A stretch of 64,000 nt of DNA from Macrostomum hystrix (lineage: Eukaryota; Animalia; Platyhelminthes): assembly GCA_950097015.1 (NCBI GenBank), contig CATNEN010000011.1, positions 3,844,001 through 3,908,000 of the forward strand, written 5' to 3'. Below are positions 13,601 to 25,600 of this stretch, piece by piece. The notes beneath the pieces were generated by a model that saw only the letters and a program-made list of their open reading frames with translations, ran no database searches and had not been told where the DNA came from. Every line of letters starts with the position of its first letter. Position 1 is the stretch's first letter. The translations under genes were made by a program, and so were the position numbers.

Positions 13601-14731
13601 CATCTCACCCATCCGAACCTACATCTCACCCATCCAAACCTACATCTCACCCATCCAAACCAACATGGCACCTTACATCATTAGTCCCAAAAGCTCACCT
13701 GAGCCACAATATACCTAGCATTCTGTATAGCGGCCCTGGTGCAATCAACAGAAGGTCCCAGACTGCAGAAGCCGTGTCTGTCAGGAGCCGTAACCATGAT
13801 CAGGGCGATGTCTAGCTGGATGAATCCGCGCCTGAATAGCAGCGGAATCTCGGACAGAAATATCGGCGTGAAATCCGCCCTACCAGCTTGGACTGCCTCG
13901 CGACAATTAGACGAAGTGAAAAATGAATTGCTGCGAAAGATGCCCTCGCATTCAGGGGCATTGTAGGGCGCATCGCCCTCTGTGTGAATGTGCATCAGGC
14001 CGATGTTTTTTAGCCTACGCCGCTTTCCAATCTCAACCATGCGCTCAATAAGGTGAGTAGGCGTGGCCGCACCGCCATGGATGAAGATCTTCTGGTTGGA
14101 GTCTAGCAACCGGTCGAATACCTTGGAAAGCGGAAGAGGGGGCGGATACTGATGGGTAGAGGGGAGCGAGTACTGATGAAGAGAGGGGCGGATACTGATA
14201 AAGAGAGGGGCGGATACTGATAAAGAGAGGGGCGGATACTGATAAAGAGAGGGGCGGATACTGATAAAGAGAGGGGCGGATACTGATAAAGAGAGGGCGG
14301 ATACTGATAAAGAGAGGGGACGGATACTGATGACTAGAGGGGGCGGATACTGATAAAGAGAGGGGCGGATACTGATAAAGAGAGGGGCGGATACTGATAA
14401 AGAGAGGGGCGGATACTGATAAAGAGAGGGGCGGATACTGATAAAGAGAGGGGCGGATACTGATAAAGAGAGGGGCGGATACTGAAGCAGACTATAAAAA
14501 TTAATAAGTAACCGAGCTACTTATGTAAGAACAAGCTTCTCTAACCTGGTCAGCATTTAGCCAGACGGGACTCTTATTCGGTATGGGATGAAACGGCTCC
14601 TGCTGAGTGTGCAGTGTAGAAGCATAAGTGTGCTGCGCGCGACGAGATAGCGAAACAGCCGCCTGCTTTGAGAGGCCAACTAAACTCAGTAGTTTTTTAC
14701 TTGGCAAGCATAGCAACAAACGACTGGACAT
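10672..14731 (-). CDS. Acetyl-CoA hydrolase/transferase family protein (acetate:succinate CoA-transferase / 4-hydroxybutyrate CoA-transferase-like), probably mitochondrial. Exons 14731-14546, 14121-13699, 12615-12187, 11397-11160, 10859-10672; ~487 aa
   Basis: Motifs IFIHGGAATP, GRADFTPIFLSEIP, DRHGFCSLGPSVD, LQTGIGSIPDAV, LGVHTEMFSDG (family catalytic Glu), GVGGQMDF, VVTTRAHVHYVVTEHG. Canonical, phase-consistent introns. Basic, Ser/Leu-rich N-terminal presequence. Confidence 0.92.
10926..11150 (+). mobile_element. tRNA-headed SINE-like element in CoA-transferase intron 4
   Basis: A-box-like TAGCCTAGTGGTTAG and B-box GGTTCGATTCC; related heads at 35362 and 39050. 3' boundary uncertain. Confidence 0.55.
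11460..12165. repeat. 39-bp minisatellite (TCAGTGAGTCACAATCYTACAAAGACTCCGGATMAT), with alternating variants, in CoA-transferase intron 3
   Basis: Tandem units; explains ORF 11675-12106. Confidence 0.95.
12690..13665. repeat. 21-bp minisatellite (AAACCTACATCTCACCCATCC-like) in CoA-transferase intron 2, split by a hAT MITE
   Basis: Related AAACCTACATCTCA units at 12690-12890 and 13300-13665. Confidence 0.85.
12894..13294. mobile_element. Non-autonomous hAT (Charlie-like) MITE
   Basis: 14-bp TIRs CAGGGGCCGGCAAA / TTTGCCAACCCCTG (2 mismatches). 8-bp flanks CTTTAAAA / CTTTAACA (7/8 identical TSD). Confidence 0.75.
14135..14485. repeat. 22-bp minisatellite (GAGAGGGGCGGATACTGATAAA) in CoA-transferase intron 1
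   Basis: Visible tandem units. Confidence 0.95.
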
Positions 14732-14814
14732 TGTTCTGGCTGGAACATGGATGGTACACGGCTAATATTTACGAATTCTCTACACTCTTTAGCGTGATTT
14801 AGTGTGATTACTTA

Positions 14815-15470
14815 GTTTGATATTTGCAGGGGCGGATTCCCTACATTCTTCAGTGTGATATTTGCAGGGGCGGATTCCCTACATTCTTCAGTGTGATATT
14901 TGCAGGGGCGGATTCCCTACATTCTTCAGTGTGATATTTGCAGGGGCGGATTCCCTACATTCTTCAGTGTGATATTTGCAGGGGCGGATTCCCTACATTC
15001 TTCAGTGTGATATTTGCAGGGGCGGATTCCCTACATTCTTCAGTGTGATATTTGCAGGGGCGGATTCCCTACATTCTTCAGTGTGATATTTGCAGGGGCG
15101 GATTCCCTACATTCTTCATTGTGATATTTGCAGGGGCGGATTCCCTACATTCTTCATTGTGATATTTGCAGGGGCGGATTCCCTACATTCTTCATTGTGA
15201 TATTTGCAGGGGCGGATTCCCTACATTCTTCATTGTGATATTTGCAGGGGCCGATTCCCTACATTCTTCATTGTGATATTTGCAGGGGCGGATTCCCTAC
15301 ATTCTTCATTGTGATATTTGCAGGGGCCGATTCCCTACATTTTTCAAAGAGATATTTGCAGGGGCCGATTCCCTAAATTTTTTAAAGAGATATTTGCAGG
15401 GGCGGATTCCCTACATTTTTCAAAGTGATATTTGCAGGGGCGGATTCCCTACATTTTTCGAAGTGATATT
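14815..15470. repeat. 38-bp minisatellite (TATTTGCAGGGGCGGATTCCCTACATTCTTCAKTGTGA) between ACBP and the CoA-transferase
   Basis: About 17 visible tandem units. Confidence 0.95.
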
Positions 15471-15775
15471 TGGAGGCAAAAATAGAAAATAATATCAGGT
15501 CAATCAGTCATAGAAAAATTCCCTCAGTGACCTTCAGCCATTGATAACGTACTTATAGACGTTTTTTCTTAACTTTTAACTTTTAATTAGCAAACCTTCA
15601 TACCATTACAGGATTTAAAATAGGTGTCAATTCAATTGTCATTGGCACTACATCCAACAGTAAAGTAACAGAAGACCGGTTATAAATTATGTAGCAAAAA
15701 CTCAATGTCTCACAAAAAAGCTAGACTAAACCAGGCATTGTTCACTAACTGAGCACAACATCAGTGGACAGAGTG

Positions 15776-17059
15776 TCAGACGCCATACTGCTCAATAAGT
15801 CGCTTTGCCAGCTCAATATAAGCAGCCCTAGCCGCCTCAGTGGCTGTGCCCTTCTTCTCATTCCAACGATCCCATTTGGCTTTGCCTTTGAAGTCAAGCA
15901 TGCCAGGCCTGGCCGTATTCACATCGCCAACCGTGGTCTGCTTGAATAGGCCATAAAGTTCCAGCATTTCATCGTCAGTTGGGCGAGCCTTCAGGTTCTT
16001 GACCTTCTCGGCGTAGTCATTGAATTCGGCCTAAAAGTTAATTAAAAAAAAGTTTTTAAAGACATTTTTGCAATGAAAAGTTTGGTCTTGGCACCTCAAA
16101 TCTGAAATCTTACATTGCACATTCTCACAAACATGGTATCATGAAAACAAATAATATGTTGCTACATTGAATTCATAGTTTTAAGCATCATTTTTGTCTG
16201 AATATAGAAGAACCAACATTTTTGAAGATCTCTTATAGATCATATTCATAGTCAATATTTTTTGCTATATATATCTAGCTAGCATTGCTTATCACATTCA
16301 CAAAGTTTAATGTCAAATGTATCCACAGGTTTCAAAAAGTAGGCCTAGATTCACTATTTTGGTTTTCATTTTCAGAGTTTGGAAAAAATATGTCAAAATA
16401 TTTGCTTTTCTAATTTGAAAAAAGGGGATTTCTTCCATTTCTAGCATAGACTTTGTGTTGAATTACATAGTATTGATTTTGCTCTTGTGCTTACTTTCTA
16501 TTTTGGAGCCATAGTTGGAAAACCTGTACATACAATTTTACTATATATATAGCTATTACAAAATTATTACAAAAGAAAGCTAAAGTTAAAAAGTCAAAGC
16601 TTTAGTGTATGCTTATGTACCTCTCATAGTGACCAGACAAATAGCCATGTGTGTTAATTATCTAGTAATCATAAAAACCGGAATGCTGATAAGACATGGT
16701 TACTGCACCAATAATGCAGTTTGCTATTTGTCTGATAACCAGACAAACAGCCTAGTTTCTTAATTGCCAGGTTACCAGACAATAACCACTTCTGTTTTTT
16801 AAACTGGGCATGTCTAATTGGCATGAATGAATCATTAATACATTAGCTAGTTAAATTATAGCTAGACAAAGCCATAAGATCAGCTGGGCTAAGTAGGCTA
16901 GCCATAAAGTAAAGTTAAATTCGTAAATAAAAAGTAAAAAGAAAATTGAGATTTAGAATGCTAAGAATAGAAAATTGTATGCTGTTTTTTCAACAAACGA
17001 GCTATACATAAAACAAAATCAGATGTCAAAGAAAAATGTCCCCAAATTACCTCAGACAT
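15776..17059 (-). CDS. ACBP: Acyl-CoA-binding protein (ACBP/DBI). Exons 17059-17051 (MSE) and 16030-15776; 87 aa
   Basis: MSE|AEFNDYAEKVKNLKARPTDDEMLELYGLFKQTTVGDVNTARPGMLDFKGKAKWDRW contains the ACBP signature (LYxxxKQxTxGD, PGxxDxKGxAKWDxW). Confidence 0.95.
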
Positions 17060-17681
17060 GGCGGACTGGCGATAAGTCAAAATGTCAATAAAAAATCGAA
17101 AAATTTCAAGAACTGAGTTCTTTGGATGCCGATACTAAATTTGAACGAATTTTAGTTATCAAATCAAATATTTGTCTATCTTTTAAATTGACCAATTAAA
17201 ATCCAAATTTAAAGGGAGTGTTAAAAAATACTGCATTTTACTTTTGTTCTTAGGTATGTTTTAGAACATAATAATACAGAAGTACTATTTTTGTTATTCG
17301 TGTCCCGAAATTTCAGGACGCTCTTTTAAACTGATAACTTTGTACGTTACGCGCGTGTACGAGAGCAATATCAATAAAATTCGTTTCTCATCTCTTCCAA
17401 ACACTACTAAACAACGAATACTTCTGATTTTTAGTAGTCCTTGATTAGTTCTAAGACTGATGCTTGTTTTTTAATTTTTCAGTAATGTTTTGAGCGATTA
17501 TAAATAATCGCGATAACATATATCTTTTGATTATGGAGTCAGCCCACATAAAATGAGAAGATGAAGTCAAATTTCAAGCCGGAGTTTTTAACTGCAGAAT
17601 AGTTTATTCTCTCTAAAATATTAGAAGGCTAAAATAACAAAAGGGGATTATTCCTTGGAAAAATCGCTTCTCGTTTCATTG

Positions 17682-20600
17682 ATGGATTTGCGTACCAAGG
17701 CCTCAACGGAGAGCCGCGCACCTGCTACGGCTGCCAAGAGCGGCACACCACCCTGCAGACGAGGACAACGCAGTGTGCGTCGGCGTATTGAACGACGCCG
17801 CGAGCGAAACTGCCGTGGCCGACACCGTGCCCGCGAGCGTCGCACTGCTGGCAGAACCTCTATGCGCAGTGGTACTGTTTTCTCCGGGTGGCGCCGGGGA
17901 CCACGAGGTCCACAACCAACGGATCCAAGCTGAACCAAATTGCACGCTGCATAAACAGAAACAACAACTAAGAGTCGCGACTTGGAACTGCCGGACTCTG
18001 CGAGCAGGTTGGAGGCAACATCTACTGGCAAAAGTAGCTACCGATCTGCATCTAGACATTGTAATGCTGCAGGAGCTCTCTATTAAAACCGATCCGGGGC
18101 TCCATCAGGAGCACCCCGGTGGCGGCTGGCTCCTTCAGTTCACTTCAGCAGACGCAAAAGGCCGAGGAGGAGTTGGTGTCCTCACCAGCCCACGGCTATA
18201 GAAATGTTTTCGATGCGAAAGCTTATCGCCAAGACTACTACGAGTCGACCTTCGTCTCCGCACCCGTAATATTCACTTATTCTGTGCGTATGCACCCACA
18301 GCTGCGCACCCGATGGAGCACCGTCAATTTCTGGAGTTCCTCTCGGCGCAACTGGAGGCGGTTGCTCAGCGTGACTCAGTGCTGGTGCTTGGAGACCTCA
18401 ACGCTGTTATGCGAAAGTCTGAACGAGCTCTCTTTGTCACCCCGCGCGAAAACAACAACACCGATGCACTAATGGATTTCGCGGACCTGCACGACCTGGT
18501 CTCAGCGAACACACTCTTTAGGAAACCAGCTGTGAGGCTGGCAACGTTCACTGGATTCAAGCGCCCGACCCAGAACGCCAGTGGAAAGTTTGCCACAAAA
18601 AGACTCGCACAGCTGGACCACATTCTAATCCGCTGGCGAGAACGGCGCCGTGCAGTCAACTGCGACACGGTGGCACCTTTGGCAATTCGGTCTGACCATA
18701 GACTGCTTTACTGTGAACTGCGCCTTAGGGACCTACTATACCGACCACCGAAGCGGCAGCCAAAGCGCTTTTTCCGCGCCTTGCGCGACCCAAGCACAAG
18801 AGGCCGTTTCTGCCTGGCCTTTGCCGACGCGCTGGACAAACGATCGGAACCAGCAGCACCTGCCAAATACTCGGACGTCAGCAGCGCTGTCCAGGCGGCC
18901 GCTACTAAAACGCTGCCTCTGGTGAAACCAGTAGCAAGCGGTCAGCCTGTGTGGCAAAACGACGAGGCGCTGCGACAGGCAAACTGTGGAAAGACTGCGG
19001 AGGAGCGGACAGCCTGTGGAGGAAGCTGAGAAAGCCTTAGCAGAGGTTTTTAAGGCCCGGCAACGCGCCGCTGTTGAGGACGCAATTCAAGAAATCACTG
19101 ACGCCGGCCCCGACAAGAAGCCCCGTGCCGTTTGGTCTGTTGTAAACCAATTGACTGGCCGTAAACGGCGCAGTACGCTGAACCTGTCTGGTGACACGCC
19201 CGAAGAGAGGCGAAACGAACTGAAAGCCTATTTTTCTCTGGCATCCTTAACGCGTCTCCACCGCCGCCAAGAGACGACATGTCACTGCCCGTGGAGGTCG
19301 CACTGCCAGAAGAAAGCTCCGTCAACACCAGTCCTATCACCATTGACGAGGTGCTTCTGCTCGCTAAGAAAACACCGGGCGGCAAAGCCACCGGACCCCA
19401 CAACGTGCCTGTCGAAGTGTTGCGCCTCCCGCTGGTGGATCAAGAAGTCACGCAAGTGATGAACTGCGTGCTGGCGAGAGGTCCCGCCCCCGCTGAATGG
19501 CGGACGGCGCACATCGTCGGGATCCCGAAGAAGCCCGGAACTTTCAAGGTCGAAGAGCATTGCGGAATATCCCTAATGTCCTGCGCCGCGAAGCTGTACA
19601 ACAGGGTAGTGCTGACGCGGCTGCAACCTGTGTTGGACCCGTTCCTCCGGCGAGAGCAAAACCCGTTTCCGGCCAGGCAGGGGCACGGTGAACCAGATTC
19701 TCGCTTTGCGCCGCATTTTAGAAGAGACCCGTATCCACCAGTCGGCGGTCATCTGCATCTTCGTGGATTTTCTAAAAGCCTTCGACTCAGTGTCGAGACG
19801 GGTCATCCCGAAGATCCTGCGCGCGTACCATGTGCCTGACCAGCTGGTAACGGCTGTGATGGCCCTGTACCAGGAGACCAGGGCGGCAGTTGTGACGCCG
19901 GACGGCCTATCCGATTTCTTCGACACGACCTCAGGTGTGCTGCAAGGCGACACACTCGCCCCCTTTCTGTTCGTCTTGGTCCTGGACTGGGTGCTGCGCA
20001 CCGGCCTCCCTGACGACGCCAACGGCTTCCTGCTCTGTCGCAGGACAAGCAGCCGACACCCCGAAAGACGACTCTCTGTCCTGGCGTACGCGGACGACCT
20101 GGCGCTGCTGTCCAGCTCAATCGAAAGTGCTCAGCATCTGCTGGACAAGCTGACTGCGGCGGCGGCAGTAGTCGGGCTGTCCGTGAACACCAAGAAAACA
20201 ATGGTGCTGACCGTCCCGAATGACCTCATCGGCAAGCGGGACTGCTGCCGCTCTGCGAGACCTTCATTTATCTCGGCGGTCAAGTGCCCGACACCCTGGA
20301 CGACATGGCGCGACGCAGGGCGCTTGCCTGGGCAGCCTTTCGCACCCTGCGGACTGTCCTGCAGTGCCCCACGCTGCCGGATCGGTTGTTTCAAGCCGTC
20401 ATAGAGACCGTCTTTCTCTACAACGCTCAAACGTGGACTCTGAACGGCACGCAGGAGAAGCAGCTCGATGCCGCCCACGCCGGACTCCTGCGAGCCGCCT
20501 TCGGCGTCCACTATTCGCCGACTGCCGTCACCAACACCAGCAACGACGAGCTCTATCGCCGGGCCCAGCTCTGCCGGCCAAGTCAGCTGCTGCGCATCCG

Positions 20601-20866
20601 GCGCCTGCAGATGGCTGGCCACGCCATCCGTGCGGAGCAGCGCTGCCCCGAGCCACTGCAGGACGTGCTGCTGCTTTCCCTGCGGGGGCCCTGGCGGCGT
20701 GGTCAGGCGAGGGCGCTACGCTACCCTGAACTGCTACTGACTGACGCTAGAATCTTCGACCCCCGCGGACTGACAATTCTGCGCCACTCTGCTCTTGCAC
20801 GTGCCTTTTGACGGCAGCCCCTTTGGCTTCGGCCTTGGGTTGTCGTCCTTTGTTGTTGTTGTTGTT
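17682..20866 (+). mobile_element. Non-LTR retrotransposon (APE endonuclease + RT, RTE-like), apparently full length but disrupted
   Basis: APE motifs ATWNCRTL, IVMLQE, LGDLNA, LDHIL, SDH. RT motifs QGDTLAPFLF, YADDLAL, FIYLG. (TTG)n tail at 20850-20866. TSD GTTTCATTG(A) at 17673 and 20867. In-frame TAG at 18199 and ~4 frameshifts. Confidence 0.92.
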
Positions 20867-20988
20867 GTTTCATTGAACTAGCTCGTAATTACGATTTTAT
20901 TTTGTTAAGCTATCACTTTGATCGCAAAATATTGATTAGTTTTGTTCATGTTTTTTCTTTGCCCTGTTTGAATCGAAGTTCTAACTTT

Positions 20989-22029
20989 ATGATGTTCTAT
21001 ATAAGATCCGAAAAATCAAAGGGCTCTCTGTGCGACTCGACTGCAGCTATAGAAATTGACATTCAAGCTGCTTTTCACTTAGCTGAAAGAGTCGTGGAAT
21101 CAACCGCGGGCTGTCTGAACCTCGTCTTCATTACCTGCACATTCCGGGCCAAGATTGGCACAAGAGCCTGCGCAGCTCTATTTCGCAGCCATTATAGATC
21201 CTTGATCTATTGGTAATCGTCACCAACTTGCTTTTTCTTCAATTTCGCTTTCAAGTAGCGCCTAGGCCCAGTCAGGATGCGTCAGACATCGCCTGGGAGA
21301 TTGAGTGTCGCCTGGTGTTCAGCCAGTTTCTGTATTGGTCATTTGTCAGTATGAGTGTCTACTATACAACTTGGTTGCATTGTCAATGGTCATTTGTCAG
21401 TATGAGTGTTTACAACTTGGTTGCATTGTCAATTGAACGCTGCATTTAAATGCCTCTGCGCGCCGTGGTACAAGAAGCACGATCAGAAGCTCACCATGCG
21501 GTGCCTCGTAGCACTGGTGGCAGCTAGTCCGTTGTTCTTTGAGGCTCCCTACGCGCTGTGGTTCGCCCCCTATAGTGTCAGGGAGCAAGTGAATTCTAGG
21601 AATGTAACTTACCTGTTCAATACTGCAACTTCGAGTTTTATAATCGTCATCAGTTAATCGCATTCGGTATCAATGAGTTTACTTGTTTTGTGGATTCTAC
21701 CAATAATAGCTTTTGTAGTCACTTATACAACAATAATTGTTCACTTAATAAAGTCCAATTCTGGACAGGCTAGCGCTAACAATCGAAAATTTGGTTCCGC
21801 TGCTAAAAGACAGCGGAACCAAATCACATCGGGTGTGAGCTGCCTGTGCTTCGCCGGCCTATTCTCGTTGGATTCCGTTTTGTTTCTCATCAACTCTATT
21901 GAAGACAATCCAAAGGCTTTCATGGTGGCAATGAACGGCCTGGTGAATCCTATCATATTTTTTTTCGTGCCGGGTTTTCGACTATTCGTGCTGGCCCCCT
22001 GCCTAGCGGTCCGTCGACGTTTGAATTAA
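20989..22029 (+). pseudogene. Intronless class A (rhodopsin-like) GPCR pseudogene
   Basis: Fragments in several frames: GCLNLVF (TM1), DLLVIV (TM2), SVYNLVALSIERC (TM3/DRY-like), WILPIIAFVVTYTTI (TM5), MNGLVNPIIFFF (TM7/NPxxY-like). Stops, frameshifts and a ~50-bp internal duplication. Confidence 0.7.
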
Positions 22030-22659
22030 AACAGTGAAGTTTAAGCTAACAAATCGAAAAGTTGAAAACTTCAAATCTCAGCTGCATACTTTTGTATTAT
22101 TAATTAATAATTAAAACAATAAAAAACTTAATTTGCCTTTAAAATATGAACAAAGAATTAAAAACATTCGATAAACTTTTTCAAAAGTGCACATTTTTTT
22201 TCTTTCGACACGACACACACACAGCTATTGAACAATTGAATGTAAATTCGATCCATAATCGAAAAGTTAACGAGATTAACAAATACGAGGTAGTTCTTAA
22301 ATTAAATTTTAAAAAAAATATTTTCGTGGCTTTCCCGTCAGCCTGCTTCAGACTGGCGGTTTTTCTATTGGGTATAAAAAGCAATGAGATAAGGCAACTC
22401 AGAAACAAAAAGAGAATTAACTGCAACGGCATTCTCAAAACCCAACCTTTTGTTGCTAACTGCACATTATTAAATGCACAGGCTAAAAGTGTTAAACAGC
22501 AGCTGTTGTGTTCTCACACAATTGCTTTCTTACTCGTGATTTGATAACATGATACTTAGTTCTTATTACGAGCTAAAAGACATGTAAGAATCCAATAAAG
22601 AACCTAAACTAAAAGAAAGCTCATATTTAATTTCTAGAAAACGAATTTCCATACAAAAG

Positions 22660-25600
22660 ATGCGAATTCTAACCCTGACTTTGGTGGCGGCCTCGCTTGC
22701 TATCGCTCATTTCAGTGTCACGGCTTCAGCTGGCGATGGAAATCTGTTTCAACGAGTGGACAAAAATCTGGAACGCGAGAATGTGTCTGTAGGTACTCAT
22801 TTGGTGTACTTTTTTGATCTAAACATTTTGGAACCTAAAAGTAATTACTCTCTCTGTAGCTCTGTAGTCAGGATTTTAGGGGCGTTAATTCTACTGAATA
22901 ACTTTTAGCGACAAAAAATGTGATAAAAGTCTTTAAAAAACTGACTCGACCATTCAGAAAGGCATGCAAGCAGCCGAGCTTCTGTTGAAGCTCATTCGCA
23001 GCAACGAATTCGCTTCAGTCCTGGATTTCATTGGCACAGTTGGCGGGCCCATTGCTGGTACAGTGACCGGCGTGCTCAAACTCATCATCGGCAGCGGCAG
23101 TGGCGGCGGCGGCGGCTCGAACGACTCCGAGGATGTCAAATTTGCTCGACAGGCATTCGCTGAGATTAATAGCAAGTTAGTGCGCTACATGCATAGTGCC
23201 GCTGAAAACCTGATATTTAGAGCAAGTAAACAGGCAGACAGACAGGCCCAGAGACACTGGCAGACAGACAGACAGGTCCATAGACACTGACAGACAGACA
23301 GACAGACATGCCCATAGACACTGGAAGACAGACAGACAGACATGCCCATAGACACTGACAGACAGGCAGACAGGTCCATAGACACACTGGAAGACAGACA
23401 GACAGACATGCCCATAGACACTGACAGACAGGCAGACAGACATGCCCATAGACACTGACAGACAGGCAGACAGACATGCCCATAGACACTGACAGACAGG
23501 CACACAGGTCCATAGACACTGACAGACAGGCAGACAGGTCCATAGACACTGACAGACAGGCAGACAGGTCCATAGACACTGACAGACAGGCAGACAGGTC
23601 CATAGACACTGACAGACAGGCAGACAGGTCCATAGACACACTGACAGACAGGCAGAGAGGTCCATAGACACACTGGCAGACAGGCAGACAGGTCCATAGA
23701 CACTGACAGACAGGCAGACAGGTCCATAGACACTGACAGACAGGCAGACAGGTCCATAGACACACTGACAGACAGGCAGACAGGTCCATAGACACACTGG
23801 CAGACAGACAGACAGGCCCAGAGACACTGACAGACAGGCAGACAGGTCCATAAACACACTGACAGACAGGCAGACAGGTCCATAGACACACTGGCAGACA
23901 GACAGACAGGGCCAGAGACACACTGGCAGACAGACAGACAGGTCCATAGACACTGGCAGACAGACAGACAGGCCCATAGACACTGACAGACAGACAGACA
24001 GGGCCAGAGACACACTGGCAGACAGACAGACAGGCCCATAGACACTGACAGACAGGCAGACAGGTCCATAGACACACTGGCAGACAGACAGACAGGGCCA
24101 GAGACACACTGGCAGACAGACAGACAGGTCCATAGACACTGGCAGACAGACAGACAGGCCCATAGACACTGACAGACAGACAGACAGGGCCAGAGACACA
24201 CTGACAGACAGGCAGACAGGTCCATAGACACACTGGCAGACAGACAGACAGGCCCAGAGACACTGGCAGACAGGCAGACAGGTCCATAGACACACTGGCA
24301 GACAGACAGACACGCGTGTTACGCATTTGCTTTGCACTGAATTTTACAAAAAATTATTCAAAAACAGACTGGAATCTTTCACTAACGAGTTCCGCGAAGT
24401 CAAGGAGCTGATCGACTGGAACGCCATTCAGGTGAGCTACGGAACTTACGAGCGATCGATTCGCGCGATGAAGACCCAACTGCAACTGCTAATTGAGGCA
24501 CCGCCAGCCTCAATTGAAGACATGCGCCAACTATTTGTCATGAAATTTGAGTCGGACTTTCAAAACGCCGCCGAAAAGATCTACGACGGTATTGTGAATG
24601 CCGACATGATCTTCACTAGGAATCTGCTTGAGGCTTCGGCAAAGTACACCTCCAATCACCGCAGACAGGTAGGTGCAGGATGTCCGTGCATCAAACCCCA
24701 TTTCAGCGGTCTGGCCTGTTTGTCTCTCACACCAAGGTCCCTGGGGCTCGATTCCGCGGCGAGGCCACATTCATTTGGGTCGCAGCCGCGGAGACAAGAC
24801 TTGGGGGCTTGTCGTTAGGGCCAGAGGGCCAACCTCCTAGGTACAGTGAGATTGTGCACTGCTTGACGATGAGAAAGCGTCTGCCTGTTTATGATCTGTC
24901 TGCGTGTACATGCAAAGGAGTCAACGGAATGGTCAAAATTCTCGGTATCTCTGAGTCTTCTGTTACCAAATAATATACCAGTGCCCACAGCCGTTCTACA
25001 ATAATTATTATTGTTAGTAATCTTTGTTAAACCTGGCTTGCGCGTCGCCGATCGAATATTTAATATTTCTCCCCAAATGAGGAAAACAGGCAAACACGAG
25101 AATCTATACTCATTCCTATCTGTTTAACAGGTGCAAATGTTCGGCCTGGGTCTCACCCAACTGCTACTGCAGGCTGTTGAAATCCAGATGGCCTATTTTG
25201 ATTTGAAATACGCCAATCAGGACACCACGGACTACATCAAGACTGTGTGGAACAATCGTATGATGGCACTGAAGGCCAAGATGAGTACATTTGATGACAC
25301 TCTAGTGTCCAGGTGGGTCACCCAGATGCCACTTGACGCTGATCAGTTGGTTCAGGACAACAAGGCCATGCCAAACAATGAGCTGGCCCTGAAACTGCAC
25401 ACAAAACTAGCTGAGAAATTCTACTGGCGAGTGTTTGGCATCGCTGTGTACAAGGACGTCTCGGGAACTGACAAACATGCGTTTACCTACTGCCAGGGAT
25501 ACAGGAAGCTGGGATATTCCGGAAAGAATGTTCTGGTGTCTTCTGTTGGTATAAGTTTTAGTGTGGTATTGTTTGAATCGTTGTGCTGCTGTTTTACATT

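Noticed and set aside
4808-14731. Fusion of the CoA-transferase and ADHFE1 into one protein
   Set aside because: The transferase has its own stop at 10672, and ADHFE1 has its own ATG and targeting peptide 3.4 kb downstream
10672-14731. Recent bacterial horizontal transfer of the CoA-transferase/ADHFE1 pair
   Set aside because: Both genes have spliceosomal introns and mitochondrial presequences and resemble known animal family members. No phylogeny was run, but nothing in the sequence supports recent HGT
17648-20740. Many overlapping antisense and alternative-frame ORFs within the LINE
   Set aside because: By-products of the high GC content of the retrotransposon ORF2
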